Made by a program: the position numbers and the translations under genes. Below, piece by piece: positions 19,163 to 28,833 of a stretch of 64,000 nt of DNA. The stretch is taken from NCBI GenBank assembly GCA_026395055.1, contig JAPLZK010000003.1, positions 278,379 through 342,378 of the forward strand, written 5' to 3'. A model generated the notes under the pieces. That model searched no databases, was not told the origin of the DNA, and saw only the letters and a program-made list of their open reading frames with translations. Origin of the DNA: Candidatus Uhrbacteria bacterium. GTDB taxonomy: Bacteria > Patescibacteriota > Patescibacteriia > UBA9934 > GWF2-40-263. Position 1 is the stretch's first letter, and the number at the start of each line of letters is the position of its first letter.

Positions 19163-19918
19163 TTAGGAACGTTTCTGAAGATGATGAAGGAACAATCCCG
19201 GTACAAGCACTTCTGTCGCCTTTTTCCAAGCTCGCAAGTCCTCTTCAAGGAGAACTGCTTGTGTGGACACAACCTTCAGCGTACCCATCGGGTGCATAGA
19301 TAACTCGCCATGTAATCGACGAGCAATATCACGAAGTGTGCCCTCATGACGCTTCAACTCTGTAAGCTGATCGGATACATGCTCTGAAACAACTTCTTTC
19401 CCGGAAGAAAATTGCCGCACGCGCATAAATTGACTCATCGCGGGCACGCAACGATTCCAGGCAAGCACGTCAAGGAAAAACGTCTGAAGGAGCTCGTAGC
19501 GAACATCTTGTTTTGGATCTGGAAATTTTGTGCGAATCAGATAACGAAATCGCACAACATGCGCAAGCGCGTAAACGGGCAACGTGACAATCGCGACAAG
19601 AATGGCGAAGGCATCCCACGGATGTTTTTCTTGTGAACCTTGTGAGAACGCAGAATCGTCATGTGTCAGGATCATGTGCATGACAAGCGCACTGAGCCCA
19701 GCGCAAATCAATCCAAGGAGAAATGCCCAAATGGGCTGCGCGCGTGACATGACGGAAAATACCCACATGTACAAAAACGAACTCGCAAGCCCAAGGACGA
19801 ACACCGCACTCAGCATGCGGTACGCTCGAAATAAAATCTGGGGTCGTTTTGTCATGAGCAAGAACGTCTCTCGAACAGATTTTGGCAATTCACTCAAGGG
19901 AATTCCTGATAAGTTCAT
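19163..19918 (-). CDS. Hypothetical membrane protein (3 TM)
   Basis: TTGACA-17-TACGCT promoter, GGGAGG SD, terminator at stop. Confidence 0.65.
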   Translation of the reverse strand: MNLSGIPLSELPKSVRETFLLMTKRPQILFRAYRMLSAVFVLGLASSFLYMWVFSVMSRAQPIWAFLLGLICAGLSALVMHMILTHDDSAFSQGSQEKHPWDAFAILVAIVTLPVYALAHVVRFRYLIRTKFPDPKQDVRYELLQTFFLDVLAWNRCVPAMSQFMRVRQFSSGKEVVSEHVSDQLTELKRHEGTLRDIARRLHGELSMHPMGTLKVVSTQAVLLEEDLRAWKKATEVLVPGLFLHHLQKRS

Positions 19919-19990
19919 TTCACCCTCCCAACAAAGAACGAAGAAAAAAGCGTATGTCAAAAAAGAGATTCTGTCAATCCTTGCACAAAC

Positions 19991-20187
19991 AAAAAAAGGT
20001 GCCCATGCACCTCAACCGGAAACTGTGTCTGGGTGATCCGAGCCACCGGGAGGACCGAGGAATGCCTGTGTGATGTGGATGTTTTTCGCCTGTGGCAATA
20101 ACATCGTTCACACAATCAACCTATCAGTGGCACGAAGCGATTTATGAGTCTGACTTAAGGGAACTCCTCCGAAACGTGACCTTAATT
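19991..20187 (-). ncRNA. Unassigned structured ncRNA candidate (6S-sized)
   Basis: TGG-TATCAT extended -10 at 20199-20194; nested stems CGGAGGA/TCCTCCG, GTGCC/GGCAT, TGTGTGA/TCACACA; terminator AGGTGC/GCACCT + T-run. Confidence 0.5.
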
Positions 20188-20208
20188 AAATATATGATAC
20201 CACAAAAC

Positions 20209-21306
20209 TTATTCTGCTGCAGCTTCTATCTGTTTTGCATGATGCTCTGCACGTTCTGCAATCGCATCAAGCGCGAATGGATACGTGATGGAATGTGGAA
20301 CCTCTCCCCCTTTTGCTTTTTCGTGTTCATACAGCGCAAGAGCCGTAACACCTGCATCGGATAAAACCTTTGGAAGATCTGCTCGCTTTTGTTTCCAAGA
20401 AACTTTTGCTTTTGTATATGCCATTCCTGCAGCCTCGAAGGCACCGATTGCTCGACGGAGCGCCTGACGATCCACATCCGTTACACGCCCACCTTTCATG
20501 CGCTTCAAAATGGCATCACGTTGTTTCTGCGCTTGAAGCTCTGCCGCATGATGACGTTGCATATCTGTCCAATCTTTTTCTCCCAAATCAATTTTAGGAA
20601 ACGCTTCTTTGATTTTTTGTTCAAGCCCTACACGGCCACCTGCATAATCAATGATCGCGAGTCCGAGCTGACCGTATTGTTTTTCGAGTGCATGCAAACG
20701 AAGTGCTGCAAGACGCACAGCAATTTTTGTTTCCTTCAAATCGTCTGATGTGTTCACTTCAATGGGAAACTCAAAACACGCCTTTGCATCTTTCGCGGCT
20801 TCTTGCGCCGTTTCAAGCGTCATCTGATAGGGGCCATATACACTCGTATCCGATCTCTCCGCTTCTTCCTTAAACTGACTTTCAATAAGCCCCATGGCAA
20901 TAAGGACGCGTTCTGGCACACCTGTTTTCTCAGAAGCGTAGTGAATGCTCTTCTGAATAGATGCCCAACGTTCCGTATCACGACACGCGCCAAAATATTT
21001 TTCTTCGTTCTTTGCATCACCATACCGATGCGAACGAATAAGTTCCGCAGCACTCTCAAGGGCTGCCTGCATTTTATCGAGCGGAACTTTGTGCGAACGT
21101 AATTCCGCTTCAATGGGGTGTTCCGCACAAAATTTTGGATCCGATTCTGGTCCAAGTTCTTTTTTCTCAATTGGTTTTTCTGGTTTAGAGATTGGCTTCT
21201 CGGCAACAGGCTTTACAGGCTCACGCTCAACAAGCGCTGCGATTCCGCCTACCGCAAGGAGTCCTGCAACGATTCTGGGTAAAAAGCGATTCTTATTCAT
21301 ACGCAT
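20209..21306 (-). CDS. Membrane-anchored lytic transglycosylase (SLT domain)
   Basis: N-terminal TM; LIAMGLIESQF (catalytic E), GPYQMT, AIIDYAGG. Confidence 0.75.
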   Translation of the reverse strand: MRMNKNRFLPRIVAGLLAVGGIAALVEREPVKPVAEKPISKPEKPIEKKELGPESDPKFCAEHPIEAELRSHKVPLDKMQAALESAAELIRSHRYGDAKNEEKYFGACRDTERWASIQKSIHYASEKTGVPERVLIAMGLIESQFKEEAERSDTSVYGPYQMTLETAQEAAKDAKACFEFPIEVNTSDDLKETKIAVRLAALRLHALEKQYGQLGLAIIDYAGGRVGLEQKIKEAFPKIDLGEKDWTDMQRHHAAELQAQKQRDAILKRMKGGRVTDVDRQALRRAIGAFEAAGMAYTKAKVSWKQKRADLPKVLSDAGVTALALYEHEKAKGGEVPHSITYPFALDAIAERAEHHAKQIEAAAE

Positions 21307-21369
21307 ATATGCTAACAAATTTTTCTGATCTCGACGAACCGCTCCTTTTTTGATACCCTATCTCTACCT

Positions 21370-22098
21370 ATGAAACATAAACTTCTTTCCATTTCATCGT
21401 TTGTTGCATACGCATCTGTCCTGTCTCTTTTGATTGCTCCTGCTGCATTCGCAAGAACTCCTTACAACGCGCTTGCAAAAAAACTTCCTTCAAATACTTC
21501 AAAGGGCGTCTACAACACAACAGACCCCCTTCAGTCAGACACACAAGTAAGTGGAGTCATTTGGGGAAAGAATGGTTCCACCTTTATTATTCGTCTTCCA
21601 AAAGATGACGCGGGATACAACGTCCTTTTTTCTGGAGATACTATTATTACAAAAAATGGCGTTGCAACAAGTTCAAAAAGCATTGTGAAAGGTGTTGCCG
21701 TAACGGTTACAGGAACATTAGACACATCCACATACACCATCAAAGCCACAACGGTTGAACTCGGAAAAACCGTCTCCGCCTCTGCAAAGCCGGTTCCAAT
21801 CACAACAAAAGAAACTGCAGACACATCACCCAAACTCACAGAAACACCAAAGACACCAACAAACACTCAACCGCAAAAATCAAAAACCATTTCAACATCT
21901 TTAAAACAAGGAAGTCACGGACCAGATGTCACCCTCCTCCAAGAAAAACTGGTTCGTCTTGGATTCTTGGCAAAAGAAAGCGCGACGGGTTATTATGGCC
22001 CACAGACAACAAAAGCCGTACAGGCCTTTCAAAAAAAACATAAGTTAAGTCCTGTTGGAACTGTTGGATCAAAAACATTGAGTTTGTTAAATCAGTAA
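21370..22098 (+). CDS. Secreted protein with DUF5666-like OB domain and peptidoglycan-binding domain
   Basis: Signal AFA; KGVAVTVTG; LKQGSHGPDVTLLQEKL...TGYYGPQTTKAVQAFQ. Confidence 0.8.
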   Translation: MKHKLLSISSFVAYASVLSLLIAPAAFARTPYNALAKKLPSNTSKGVYNTTDPLQSDTQVSGVIWGKNGSTFIIRLPKDDAGYNVLFSGDTIITKNGVATSSKSIVKGVAVTVTGTLDTSTYTIKATTVELGKTVSASAKPVPITTKETADTSPKLTETPKTPTNTQPQKSKTISTSLKQGSHGPDVTLLQEKLVRLGFLAKESATGYYGPQTTKAVQAFQKKHKLSPVGTVGSKTLSLLNQ

Positions 22099-22116
22099 CA
22101 AAGTATTCTGCGTTGT

Positions 22117-22404
22117 ATGGGAAGAGAAAATTTGGGACCAATCCCTTTGGACATGCCTAAAGTTCCGTTTATCCCACCAGAAAAAGATCATGACTGGCAC
22201 CCAACCCCCCTTCAAGAACCACCCCCATCCATTGATCCATCAGATGATGGTGATGGAACTCCCCCCACGCACCCTGAAGACCAAGATCATCCAACACAAG
22301 AAGACGAAATGGGAGACAATGTGATTGTCGACCACAGCATAAAACGAAAACACGATGACGACGACCGCCTCTGGGATCCCATGAAACCAGATGACGAGAT
22401 GTAA
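22117..22404 (+). CDS. Small Pro/Asp-rich, probably disordered protein
   Basis: 95-aa ORF of low complexity, co-oriented with the upstream gene. Confidence 0.55.
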   Translation: MGRENLGPIPLDMPKVPFIPPEKDHDWHPTPLQEPPPSIDPSDDGDGTPPTHPEDQDHPTQEDEMGDNVIVDHSIKRKHDDDDRLWDPMKPDDEM

Positions 22405-22405
22405 C

Positions 22406-22466
22406 GCACCAAAACAATAAAATCCCAAACTCCAATATTTGGAATTTGGGATTTTCTTTTTGGTGC
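22406..22466. repeat. Imperfect palindrome, GCACCAAA...TTTGGAATTT...TTTGGTGC family (copy 1)
   Basis: Shares ends and core with 61562-61641. Confidence 0.65.
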
Positions 22467-22475
22467 TTTTTTATT

Positions 22476-23972
22476 TTACGTTACGTTTGGAGCAAGTTCA
22501 CCGGATCCTGTCTTCTTCATGCGCTCCCCAACCATTTTTTCAAATTGATCCCCGCGATCAAATTCATTTTTAAATACTCCGAAGCTTGCCGTCCCCGGCG
22601 AAAGCAACACGATGTCTCCAAGTGTTGCGACAGATGCCGCGGCCTCAAACGCTTTTTCCATAGAATCCACACGAGTATGCGGAACAGTACCAATCGCTTT
22701 CTCAACATCATTCGTTGCCGTTCCTTCAAAGAGGACAACATACTTACATTCTTTCTGCACCGACGCTCCCATTTGTTCAAATGTAAACCCCTTGGTCGAT
22801 CCACCCGCGAGAAGAATAATGTTTCCTCCGTTTCCAAAACGTGCGAGTGCGGCCATGGTTCCTTCTGGGCTCGTTGCCGTGGTGTCATTTACATACATGA
22901 CACCTTCTACTTCGCCAATCACTTGCTGACGACCAGGAAGCCCTGCAAAGGATTTAAGTGTCTCGAGAATATCTTCATCGCTTACCCCCACAAGATGCGC
23001 CGCAAGTGATGCGCACAAAACGTTGTAAACATTATGTTCGCCAACCAGAGCAATATCTTTTATGTTTGCGAATGTTACTGGCGCACTTGAAGAACTGAAT
23101 TTAAGATCATCCCCATCTTTAAACGCTCCAACTTTTCCTTCTGTGAGCGGCGAGAGCGAAACCCAAAACTTCTTTTCGGAATGTGCACGGTCTGCAATTT
23201 CATTTGTAATCTCTTGGTCTGCATTAAAAATAGCCGTTTGATCAGGACGTTGAACCTCAAAAATAATTTCCTTCGCCTTCACGTACGCCTCAAAGGATGC
23301 ATAACGATCCAGGTGATCCTTATAGGCATTCGTCAAAATAGCGATGTCCGGTCCTTTTCCAAGATCTTGAATACTCTCGAGAAGCCACGATGAGAGTTCG
23401 AGCACAACGGGTACAGATTCTTTTTCTTCAAGAAGCCAATCAAGATCTTCAAGTGGGGAACGTGTAATATTTCCGGCAATCACCGTCTTTGGATTTTTTC
23501 GTCGTAAAATTTCTCCGAGCAATGCGGTTGTTGTGGACTTTCCACGTGTTCCAGTGATGGAGTAAATCGGGAACGGACAGTATCGAAAAAACAACGAGAT
23601 ATCCGACTCCACATGGATTCCCTCTTTCTTTGCGAGTTCAACAAATTCTGATTCTCGCGCAACACCGGGGTTTTGCATCACGAGATCCACGTTTGTGAAA
23701 TCGTCTTCATGATGCTCTCCCAAAACGAACACAGGCGGATACACATGACCCGTTGGGTGCGCTTTTTTATATGTGTCGTACCAGGTCATGATCTCGTCAA
23801 CAGATTCCTTCAGTTCAACTTCTGATTTCAAATCTGTGATCACAATCTGTGCTCCATGACGCATGAGCCATTTTGCCGCGCCAACACCGCTTCCCTGTTT
23901 AAATCGTCCAAGACCCATAACAGTTACCATTGCGTCCTGAAAGTTTTCGATTTTTGAGAGATCAAGAGACAT
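22476..23972 (-). CDS. murD: UDP-N-acetylmuramoyl-L-alanine--D-glutamate ligase MurD
   Basis: VMGLG, ITGTRGKSTT, LELSSW, DHLDRY, NDTTAT, LLSPG.AS. Confidence 0.95.
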   Translation of the reverse strand: MSLDLSKIENFQDAMVTVMGLGRFKQGSGVGAAKWLMRHGAQIVITDLKSEVELKESVDEIMTWYDTYKKAHPTGHVYPPVFVLGEHHEDDFTNVDLVMQNPGVARESEFVELAKKEGIHVESDISLFFRYCPFPIYSITGTRGKSTTTALLGEILRRKNPKTVIAGNITRSPLEDLDWLLEEKESVPVVLELSSWLLESIQDLGKGPDIAILTNAYKDHLDRYASFEAYVKAKEIIFEVQRPDQTAIFNADQEITNEIADRAHSEKKFWVSLSPLTEGKVGAFKDGDDLKFSSSSAPVTFANIKDIALVGEHNVYNVLCASLAAHLVGVSDEDILETLKSFAGLPGRQQVIGEVEGVMYVNDTTATSPEGTMAALARFGNGGNIILLAGGSTKGFTFEQMGASVQKECKYVVLFEGTATNDVEKAIGTVPHTRVDSMEKAFEAAASVATLGDIVLLSPGTASFGVFKNEFDRGDQFEKMVGERMKKTGSGELAPNVT

Positions 23973-23976
23973 AACA

Positions 23977-24639
23977 TTAAAATTTTCCAATGAATTTTGC
24001 AAAGCGCACACGAATAAGCGACCAAACAATCTGTCCAGTCATCGCAACATATTGTACCACAGCTTTTGGCCATCCAATTTTCTGATACTTCCGACGAATC
24101 GATAACTGTGGAAGATCTACAGATCCATATGGCAAGCTACGCGTCTGACAAAAATAATTGAATGCCACCTCAATCATGAATCCTCGATAAAATTGCCTCG
24201 GAATACCTTCCGCAATCTCTCGACGAAGCGCCCGCTCACCACTTATCAAGGGAAACCAATGTGTCAGTGGTGTAAAAAGAGCCCCACGATCACGAATACC
24301 AACTTGCATCGAGCGTGTTCGATCGAGCACTGGACGAATCAGCTGTTCAAGGTGCGCTGTCGTGAGCCCAATCAGATCCGCATCCAAAAACACAATGATC
24401 GAAGCGTCTGTTTGTTCGAGTCCCTTAATCATCGCTCCACCTTTTCCAACATTTTGTTTGAGATTAATAACCCGTGCACCCGCGTTCTTTGCAAGATCCG
24501 CCGTCTCATCAAGAGAACCGTCAGAAACCACAACAACTTCATCCACGAGTGGACATGAAGCAGCAACACAAACAACGTCTCCAATGGTTTGAGCTTCATT
24601 GTACGCAGGAATGATAACAACAACGGTTTCTTTATTCAT
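23977..24639 (-). CDS. Glycosyltransferase family 2
   Basis: IIPAYNE, VVSDGS, GKGGA, FLDAD, SGER. Confidence 0.9.
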   Translation of the reverse strand: MNKETVVVIIPAYNEAQTIGDVVCVAASCPLVDEVVVVSDGSLDETADLAKNAGARVINLKQNVGKGGAMIKGLEQTDASIIVFLDADLIGLTTAHLEQLIRPVLDRTRSMQVGIRDRGALFTPLTHWFPLISGERALRREIAEGIPRQFYRGFMIEVAFNYFCQTRSLPYGSVDLPQLSIRRKYQKIGWPKAVVQYVAMTGQIVWSLIRVRFAKFIGKF

Positions 24640-25303
24640 ACCCTTGCGTAAACCCGCGTCGATTGTTTAATAAACGTGTGAGATATTGCTGAAGATGACG
24701 TTTGATTTGTGTCCCGGGCGCAAGAAATGCGTGTGCCTGGTCATCTCCTTCCGCGGCCATGAACGCAAGAGAGATCAAAATACGTTCAAGATACACAATC
24801 GCAAGGGAGAATTCTTTTTTCGCAAGCGCGATAGACAATGGATCGTCGTGCGTTTCTTCTGAAAGAGCAATGGCACATTTAATAGGAACCATCTTTATGT
24901 TCACGCGAACACGAAACGCATGCTCTTTGGAATGACCTTTACGCGCGTACGCATCCGAAGCGTAAATAAACACCTGATCCGCATACCGAAAGAGTTGCTC
25001 ATAAAATGGCGGCCTCTGTGTGTCACACACAAGATCGTCCTCTTGATTCACCCGATCATTGTGCGATTCCCAAAGCGGTTTTTCTGCGCGAGGATTCATG
25101 AGCCACTTTAAATCCATTTGCATAGCGAGCTCAGAGTCTGCCTGTTCTTCTGTGTCCAGTTGTTCCGCAATAATAACCTGTTCCATGGTTTGAACGCGCC
25201 CACTTATAGATTCGTGCAAATCATAAATATCATCGATATCTTCTTCAAGTAAATCGACTTCATCACGACGGAACATCCATGGGGATTCGGGATCAGAAAG
25301 CAT
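24632..25303 (-). CDS. Hypothetical protein
   Basis: 223-aa ORF overlapping the GT2 start. Confidence 0.65.
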   Translation of the reverse strand: MLSDPESPWMFRRDEVDLLEEDIDDIYDLHESISGRVQTMEQVIIAEQLDTEEQADSELAMQMDLKWLMNPRAEKPLWESHNDRVNQEDDLVCDTQRPPFYEQLFRYADQVFIYASDAYARKGHSKEHAFRVRVNIKMVPIKCAIALSEETHDDPLSIALAKKEFSLAIVYLERILISLAFMAAEGDDQAHAFLAPGTQIKRHLQQYLTRLLNNRRGFTQGYE

Positions 25304-25373
25304 GGGTGCATTGTACGGATTTGGTCAGCTTGCGTCTAGCCGATCACGGTTCGACCTGATAAACTACCCGTAT

Positions 25374-26456
25374 ATGAAAAAATCGTTCTTGGTCTTGTTC
25401 TTGATTGTCATCCTTATTGGAATCTCCTCACAGATTTCTCGCGCGGACGATTCTGTGCCCACACACATCAGCTCAACACCTGAAATCACAGATCACGGAA
25501 CGTTTCATGTCGCAAGATATAAAAGTGATCTGGTCATTCAAGCTCTTGGACTCGTTCACGGAAACCTTTTAGCAAGTTTTTCCACAACAGAACATGCATG
25601 GTTTTTTAAAACAGGATTCACACCTGTCACAGGAACAGATCCTGCAAAAGCACTCGGATACCCAAGCATGCAAACAGCAGAATCATTTCTCCATATCGAA
25701 AAGAAGAGTCCGTGTATAAAATTTAAAGACGCCGTGAGCGAAGTTGCCATCACAGAAACAAAAACACTTTGTCTTTCCTCATCTCCCGGCGGAGACTTCA
25801 CGCTTCACTTACTTCCCGCCTTAAAAGACAAACCGATCCCAATTGGTTTTGGAAAACATCCCATTCTGGAAAAGACACGTGTGAGTTGGGTTGGCTATGA
25901 TGGAAATCTCTACATCGCCTCCTTACACCCATCTTTATTTGCTGACGATGTAACCGCTCTCAAAGAAAAAACCAGTCCAACTGTTTTCCTTCTCAGAAAT
26001 GAAATGAAATACAGTGTCCCATCCGAACAGGTTTTTTACACCTGGTTTGATTCATTCAAATCTGTTTCCTTGATTGACGCACGCAAACTGGCAACGTATC
26101 CCATCCAAGCAAAAGCAGGGTTTCGTCCAAACACATTAATCCAATTTACAGACTCGCCAGATATTTACGTATACCAACCTGCAAACGAACCACATCTTGC
26201 GTTTGGAAAAGCCGTGGTCATCATCACAGAGAAGCCAGACAAATGGGTTATTCAAGATCCAAAAAACAAAAAACTCACATTTGATTTCATAAAAAGACCA
26301 GAACTCTTGCGACATATTGCGTCGCAAACAGATCTGGACAATACATTTGGACCAACATGGAACATGCATGTTCTCAAACTCGATGCGAGTCTGAGAACGA
26401 AATACAACACAGACAAAACAGACTTCAACCCAAAAACAGATATCATCTACGAATAA
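25374..26456 (+). CDS. Secreted protein with CPR-type repeat domain
   Basis: Signal peptide; SPTVFLL...PSEQVFYTWF..F..V.......LATYP....RPNTLIQ...PDIY. Confidence 0.65.
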   Translation: MKKSFLVLFLIVILIGISSQISRADDSVPTHISSTPEITDHGTFHVARYKSDLVIQALGLVHGNLLASFSTTEHAWFFKTGFTPVTGTDPAKALGYPSMQTAESFLHIEKKSPCIKFKDAVSEVAITETKTLCLSSSPGGDFTLHLLPALKDKPIPIGFGKHPILEKTRVSWVGYDGNLYIASLHPSLFADDVTALKEKTSPTVFLLRNEMKYSVPSEQVFYTWFDSFKSVSLIDARKLATYPIQAKAGFRPNTLIQFTDSPDIYVYQPANEPHLAFGKAVVIITEKPDKWVIQDPKNKKLTFDFIKRPELLRHIASQTDLDNTFGPTWNMHVLKLDASLRTKYNTDKTDFNPKTDIIYE

Positions 26457-26487
26457 AAAAGAGACCCATCATGGGTCTCTTTTTTTC

Positions 26488-27069
26488 TTATGCTCCCCGA
26501 GCCGTCTGCAGGGCGTTTCCCCACCACAGCAATTGCTCAATAGTTCCTTTTGCCTTGTCATCAAGTGGTTTCAGAAGTTCGACAGGATTCACATTTGCAT
26601 CTTGGAATGCTTTCATCATGTAATCAAACGTAATCCCAACTGTATTTCGAATCGGCACCATTTGCAACTCGACCACTACTTGTCGAAGTTGTTCCACAGA
26701 TCGCGCGCCACCAACAGAACCATACGCCACGAAGGCGACCGGCTTGTTATTCCATTCCTGATACACCCAGTCCATCGCATTCTTGAGCGATGCCGGGTAT
26801 CCGTGATTATATTCTGGCGTCACAACAATAAATGCATCCGCCTCCGCAATCTTTGCCGTCCATCGCACAACTTCCGGATGTGTATATGGCACTTTCTTCA
26901 TGCTTGGCGAAACCGGGTCATTAAAAAATGGCATCGGAAATTCTTTCAAATCCAAAAGCTCAACCTCAACACCTGGTGTCTTCTTTGCATGTTCCAAAAT
27001 CCATGCAGCTGGCTTATCACCAAATCGACCTTCGCGAACACTCGCAAGAATAATTTTGATCTTTAACAT
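26488..27069 (-). CDS. NADPH-dependent FMN reductase
   Basis: ASVREGR, ADAFIVVTPEYNHGYPASLKNA, YGSVGGAR. Confidence 0.92.
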   Translation of the reverse strand: MLKIKIILASVREGRFGDKPAAWILEHAKKTPGVEVELLDLKEFPMPFFNDPVSPSMKKVPYTHPEVVRWTAKIAEADAFIVVTPEYNHGYPASLKNAMDWVYQEWNNKPVAFVAYGSVGGARSVEQLRQVVVELQMVPIRNTVGITFDYMMKAFQDANVNPVELLKPLDDKAKGTIEQLLWWGNALQTARGA

Positions 27070-27160
27070 AGAGAAACCTATTATGAATAGTTCGAACCAA
27101 TCATACGCCGACGCGGGCCAGAAAACAAAACACCTCGATCGCTCGAAGTGTTTCTTTGGG

Positions 27161-27316
27161 TTACATTTCGTCTTCGTCTAATCCCATATCCAATTTATTT
27201 TCGTCATCACCCTTGAAATCAACGCCGTCGTTCTTTGCGCAATCAGAGCACATTTCGTCTTCGTTGATGTCGATTTCTTCTGCTCCACAAACAGAGCAAG
27301 TTCCTGTGCCTCCCAT
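27161..27316 (-). CDS. 51-aa acidic Zn-ribbon microprotein (absent from ORF track)
   Basis: MGGTGTCSVCGAEEIDINEDEMCSDCAK... with two CxxC; TTGACA promoter near 27386; terminator after stop. Confidence 0.7.
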   Translation of the reverse strand: MGGTGTCSVCGAEEIDINEDEMCSDCAKNDGVDFKGDDENKLDMGLDEDEM

Positions 27317-27460
27317 AGAAATTTATGTTAAGTGTTAATGCGACAATCGTAATATAAATACGAAGTGAATGCAACGAGATTGTCAAGACTCTCCCACCAC
27401 TTCCGCCCCCCAGAGATTTGCCTAAAAAAAATCCGCTCAATGCGGAAAGAGTGCCGGAGG

Positions 27461-27817
27461 TTAATCCGGAAAAATGAGATCATTTGCGATGGCATCTGAC
27501 AACGTGACAAAGCTTGTAGACTCATCTTGTTGCTCAGCGATGCCCGTAACATCTTTGTGTATCCTCGAGGCCGTATCGCCATATCCGAGTTCCTGAAGGA
27601 TTCGCTCTGAGGTTTCTCTGCGAAGAATCATCTCGCGCAGAATCACGACCTTCTCGCGAGGAACAGGAAACATGGCGCGTTTCCAAAACTCATCTTCATC
27701 AAGCATCTCCCCAACCGGCAGTCCACCAATTGGATCGTAGAACAATCGAATGTCCCCACACGACGCTCTGCGAAAAAGAACGTAATCAGCGTTTGTGTGC
27801 ACTAAATGGAGTTCCAT
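27461..27817 (-). CDS. Hypothetical protein
   Basis: GAGGT SD, TTGACA upstream, terminator after stop. Confidence 0.55.
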   Translation of the reverse strand: MELHLVHTNADYVLFRRASCGDIRLFYDPIGGLPVGEMLDEDEFWKRAMFPVPREKVVILREMILRRETSERILQELGYGDTASRIHKDVTGIAEQQDESTSFVTLSDAIANDLIFPD

Positions 27818-27913
27818 GCATAACCTCATTGTTGCTGAGACAGTTTGTTTTAAAATGCATCCTCTGTCAAGAAATCAAAATAAAAAAATCCACCGAGATT
27901 CGGCGGATACGTA

Positions 27914-28042
27914 CTAGAGTTCGTTTGTGTCCTTTGGAACATATGCATTGCGAGGAACAATATTCTTTTTTGCTTGAAGGTTTTCCCAAGCAATAATCCA
28001 CGCGATCATCGCAACATATACGATCACAACAAAGTATTCCAT
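27914..28042 (-). CDS. 42-aa single-TM microprotein (absent from ORF track)
   Basis: GGAGG SD; MEYFVVIVYVAMIAWIIAWENLQAKK...; terminator after TAG. Confidence 0.55.
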   Translation of the reverse strand: MEYFVVIVYVAMIAWIIAWENLQAKKNIVPRNAYVPKDTNEL

Positions 28043-28111
28043 CTTCTCCTCCATAGTCAAAAGAACTCGCAACAATTATTTCAAATAACAAGTGCATCAA
28101 GATGAAGACAT

Positions 28112-28330
28112 TCACTTTTGGGCATTGGATTGCCCACGCAGCATCTTGATGAATTCAGGAAGGGTAATATTCACACTGCCAAGTGTCAAAACAAGAATCG
28201 ACACCACTTGAAGGACACCAACAATCCAAAGCACAGATGCATAGGGAAACATTGTATGAATCCATGAACCAATGAGAATAACGACCATGACTTGGAGTGG
28301 AAGTGTCAGAAATCGAATCAGATATTGCAT
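28112..28330 (-). CDS. Small 2-TM membrane protein
   Basis: Hydrophobic 72 aa; purine-rich SD-like sequence right after the upstream stop. Confidence 0.55.
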   Translation of the reverse strand: MQYLIRFLTLPLQVMVVILIGSWIHTMFPYASVLWIVGVLQVVSILVLTLGSVNITLPEFIKMLRGQSNAQK

Positions 28331-28338
28331 GTTCCCTC

Positions 28339-28734
28339 TCAAGGCTTAAGAACAATCTGATTTTGCACAGCCCATGCACGCCAGGCGGCACGTTGTACTT
28401 CGCGATCCGTAGAACCGTTTCCAGGATCTTGTCTTGTGAGAACACGAAGTGCAGGAAGCCACGGAAGGCTGGTTCCAAGAAAATCTTGAAGAAGGAACGG
28501 AAGAACAACCCTTCCCATTGCGATGATCGCAAGATAGCTTGCGTGTTCTTTTGGATTCTTCACTTCACCCGCATACCAATCAACTTGAAAGGCGCCTGCA
28601 TGGCGAACGAATTGCTGTTGCACCGTTTCCTCTTTCCTCTTTGGGAGAACGGGAAGAAACAGAATCGCGCCCGTATAAGGCGCATTTGGATCCAACAGTT
28701 CATCGAAATCATCAATAGGACAATAAACCGACAT
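28339..28734 (-). CDS. Hypothetical protein with H.SY..II.MG..V.P.LL...W..AL..LT..DP...W..W pattern
   Basis: AGGAGGTG SD; helical C-terminal motif recalled from uncharacterised proteins. Confidence 0.6.
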   Translation of the reverse strand: MSVYCPIDDFDELLDPNAPYTGAILFLPVLPKRKEETVQQQFVRHAGAFQVDWYAGEVKNPKEHASYLAIIAMGRVVLPFLLQDFLGTSLPWLPALRVLTRQDPGNGSTDREVQRAAWRAWAVQNQIVLKP

Positions 28735-28833
28735 GTTATTCACCTCCTAAATAGGGAGACTAACATAAATAGAAGACTTTTGACAAGAATCGAGTAAGAA
28801 AAAATCCACCGAATGTGTTTCAGTGGAAAGATG

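Noticed and set aside
19997-20170. Cobalamin riboswitch, SRP, tmRNA or RNase P assignment
   Set aside because: Only scattered short motifs (AGGTGC, GCCACTG) in inconsistent order or strand; hallmark motifs of the others are absent
27867-28115. Cys-rich 82-aa ORF
   Set aside because: Crosses a terminator; the SD-led 42-aa ORF at 28042-27914 in another frame fits better
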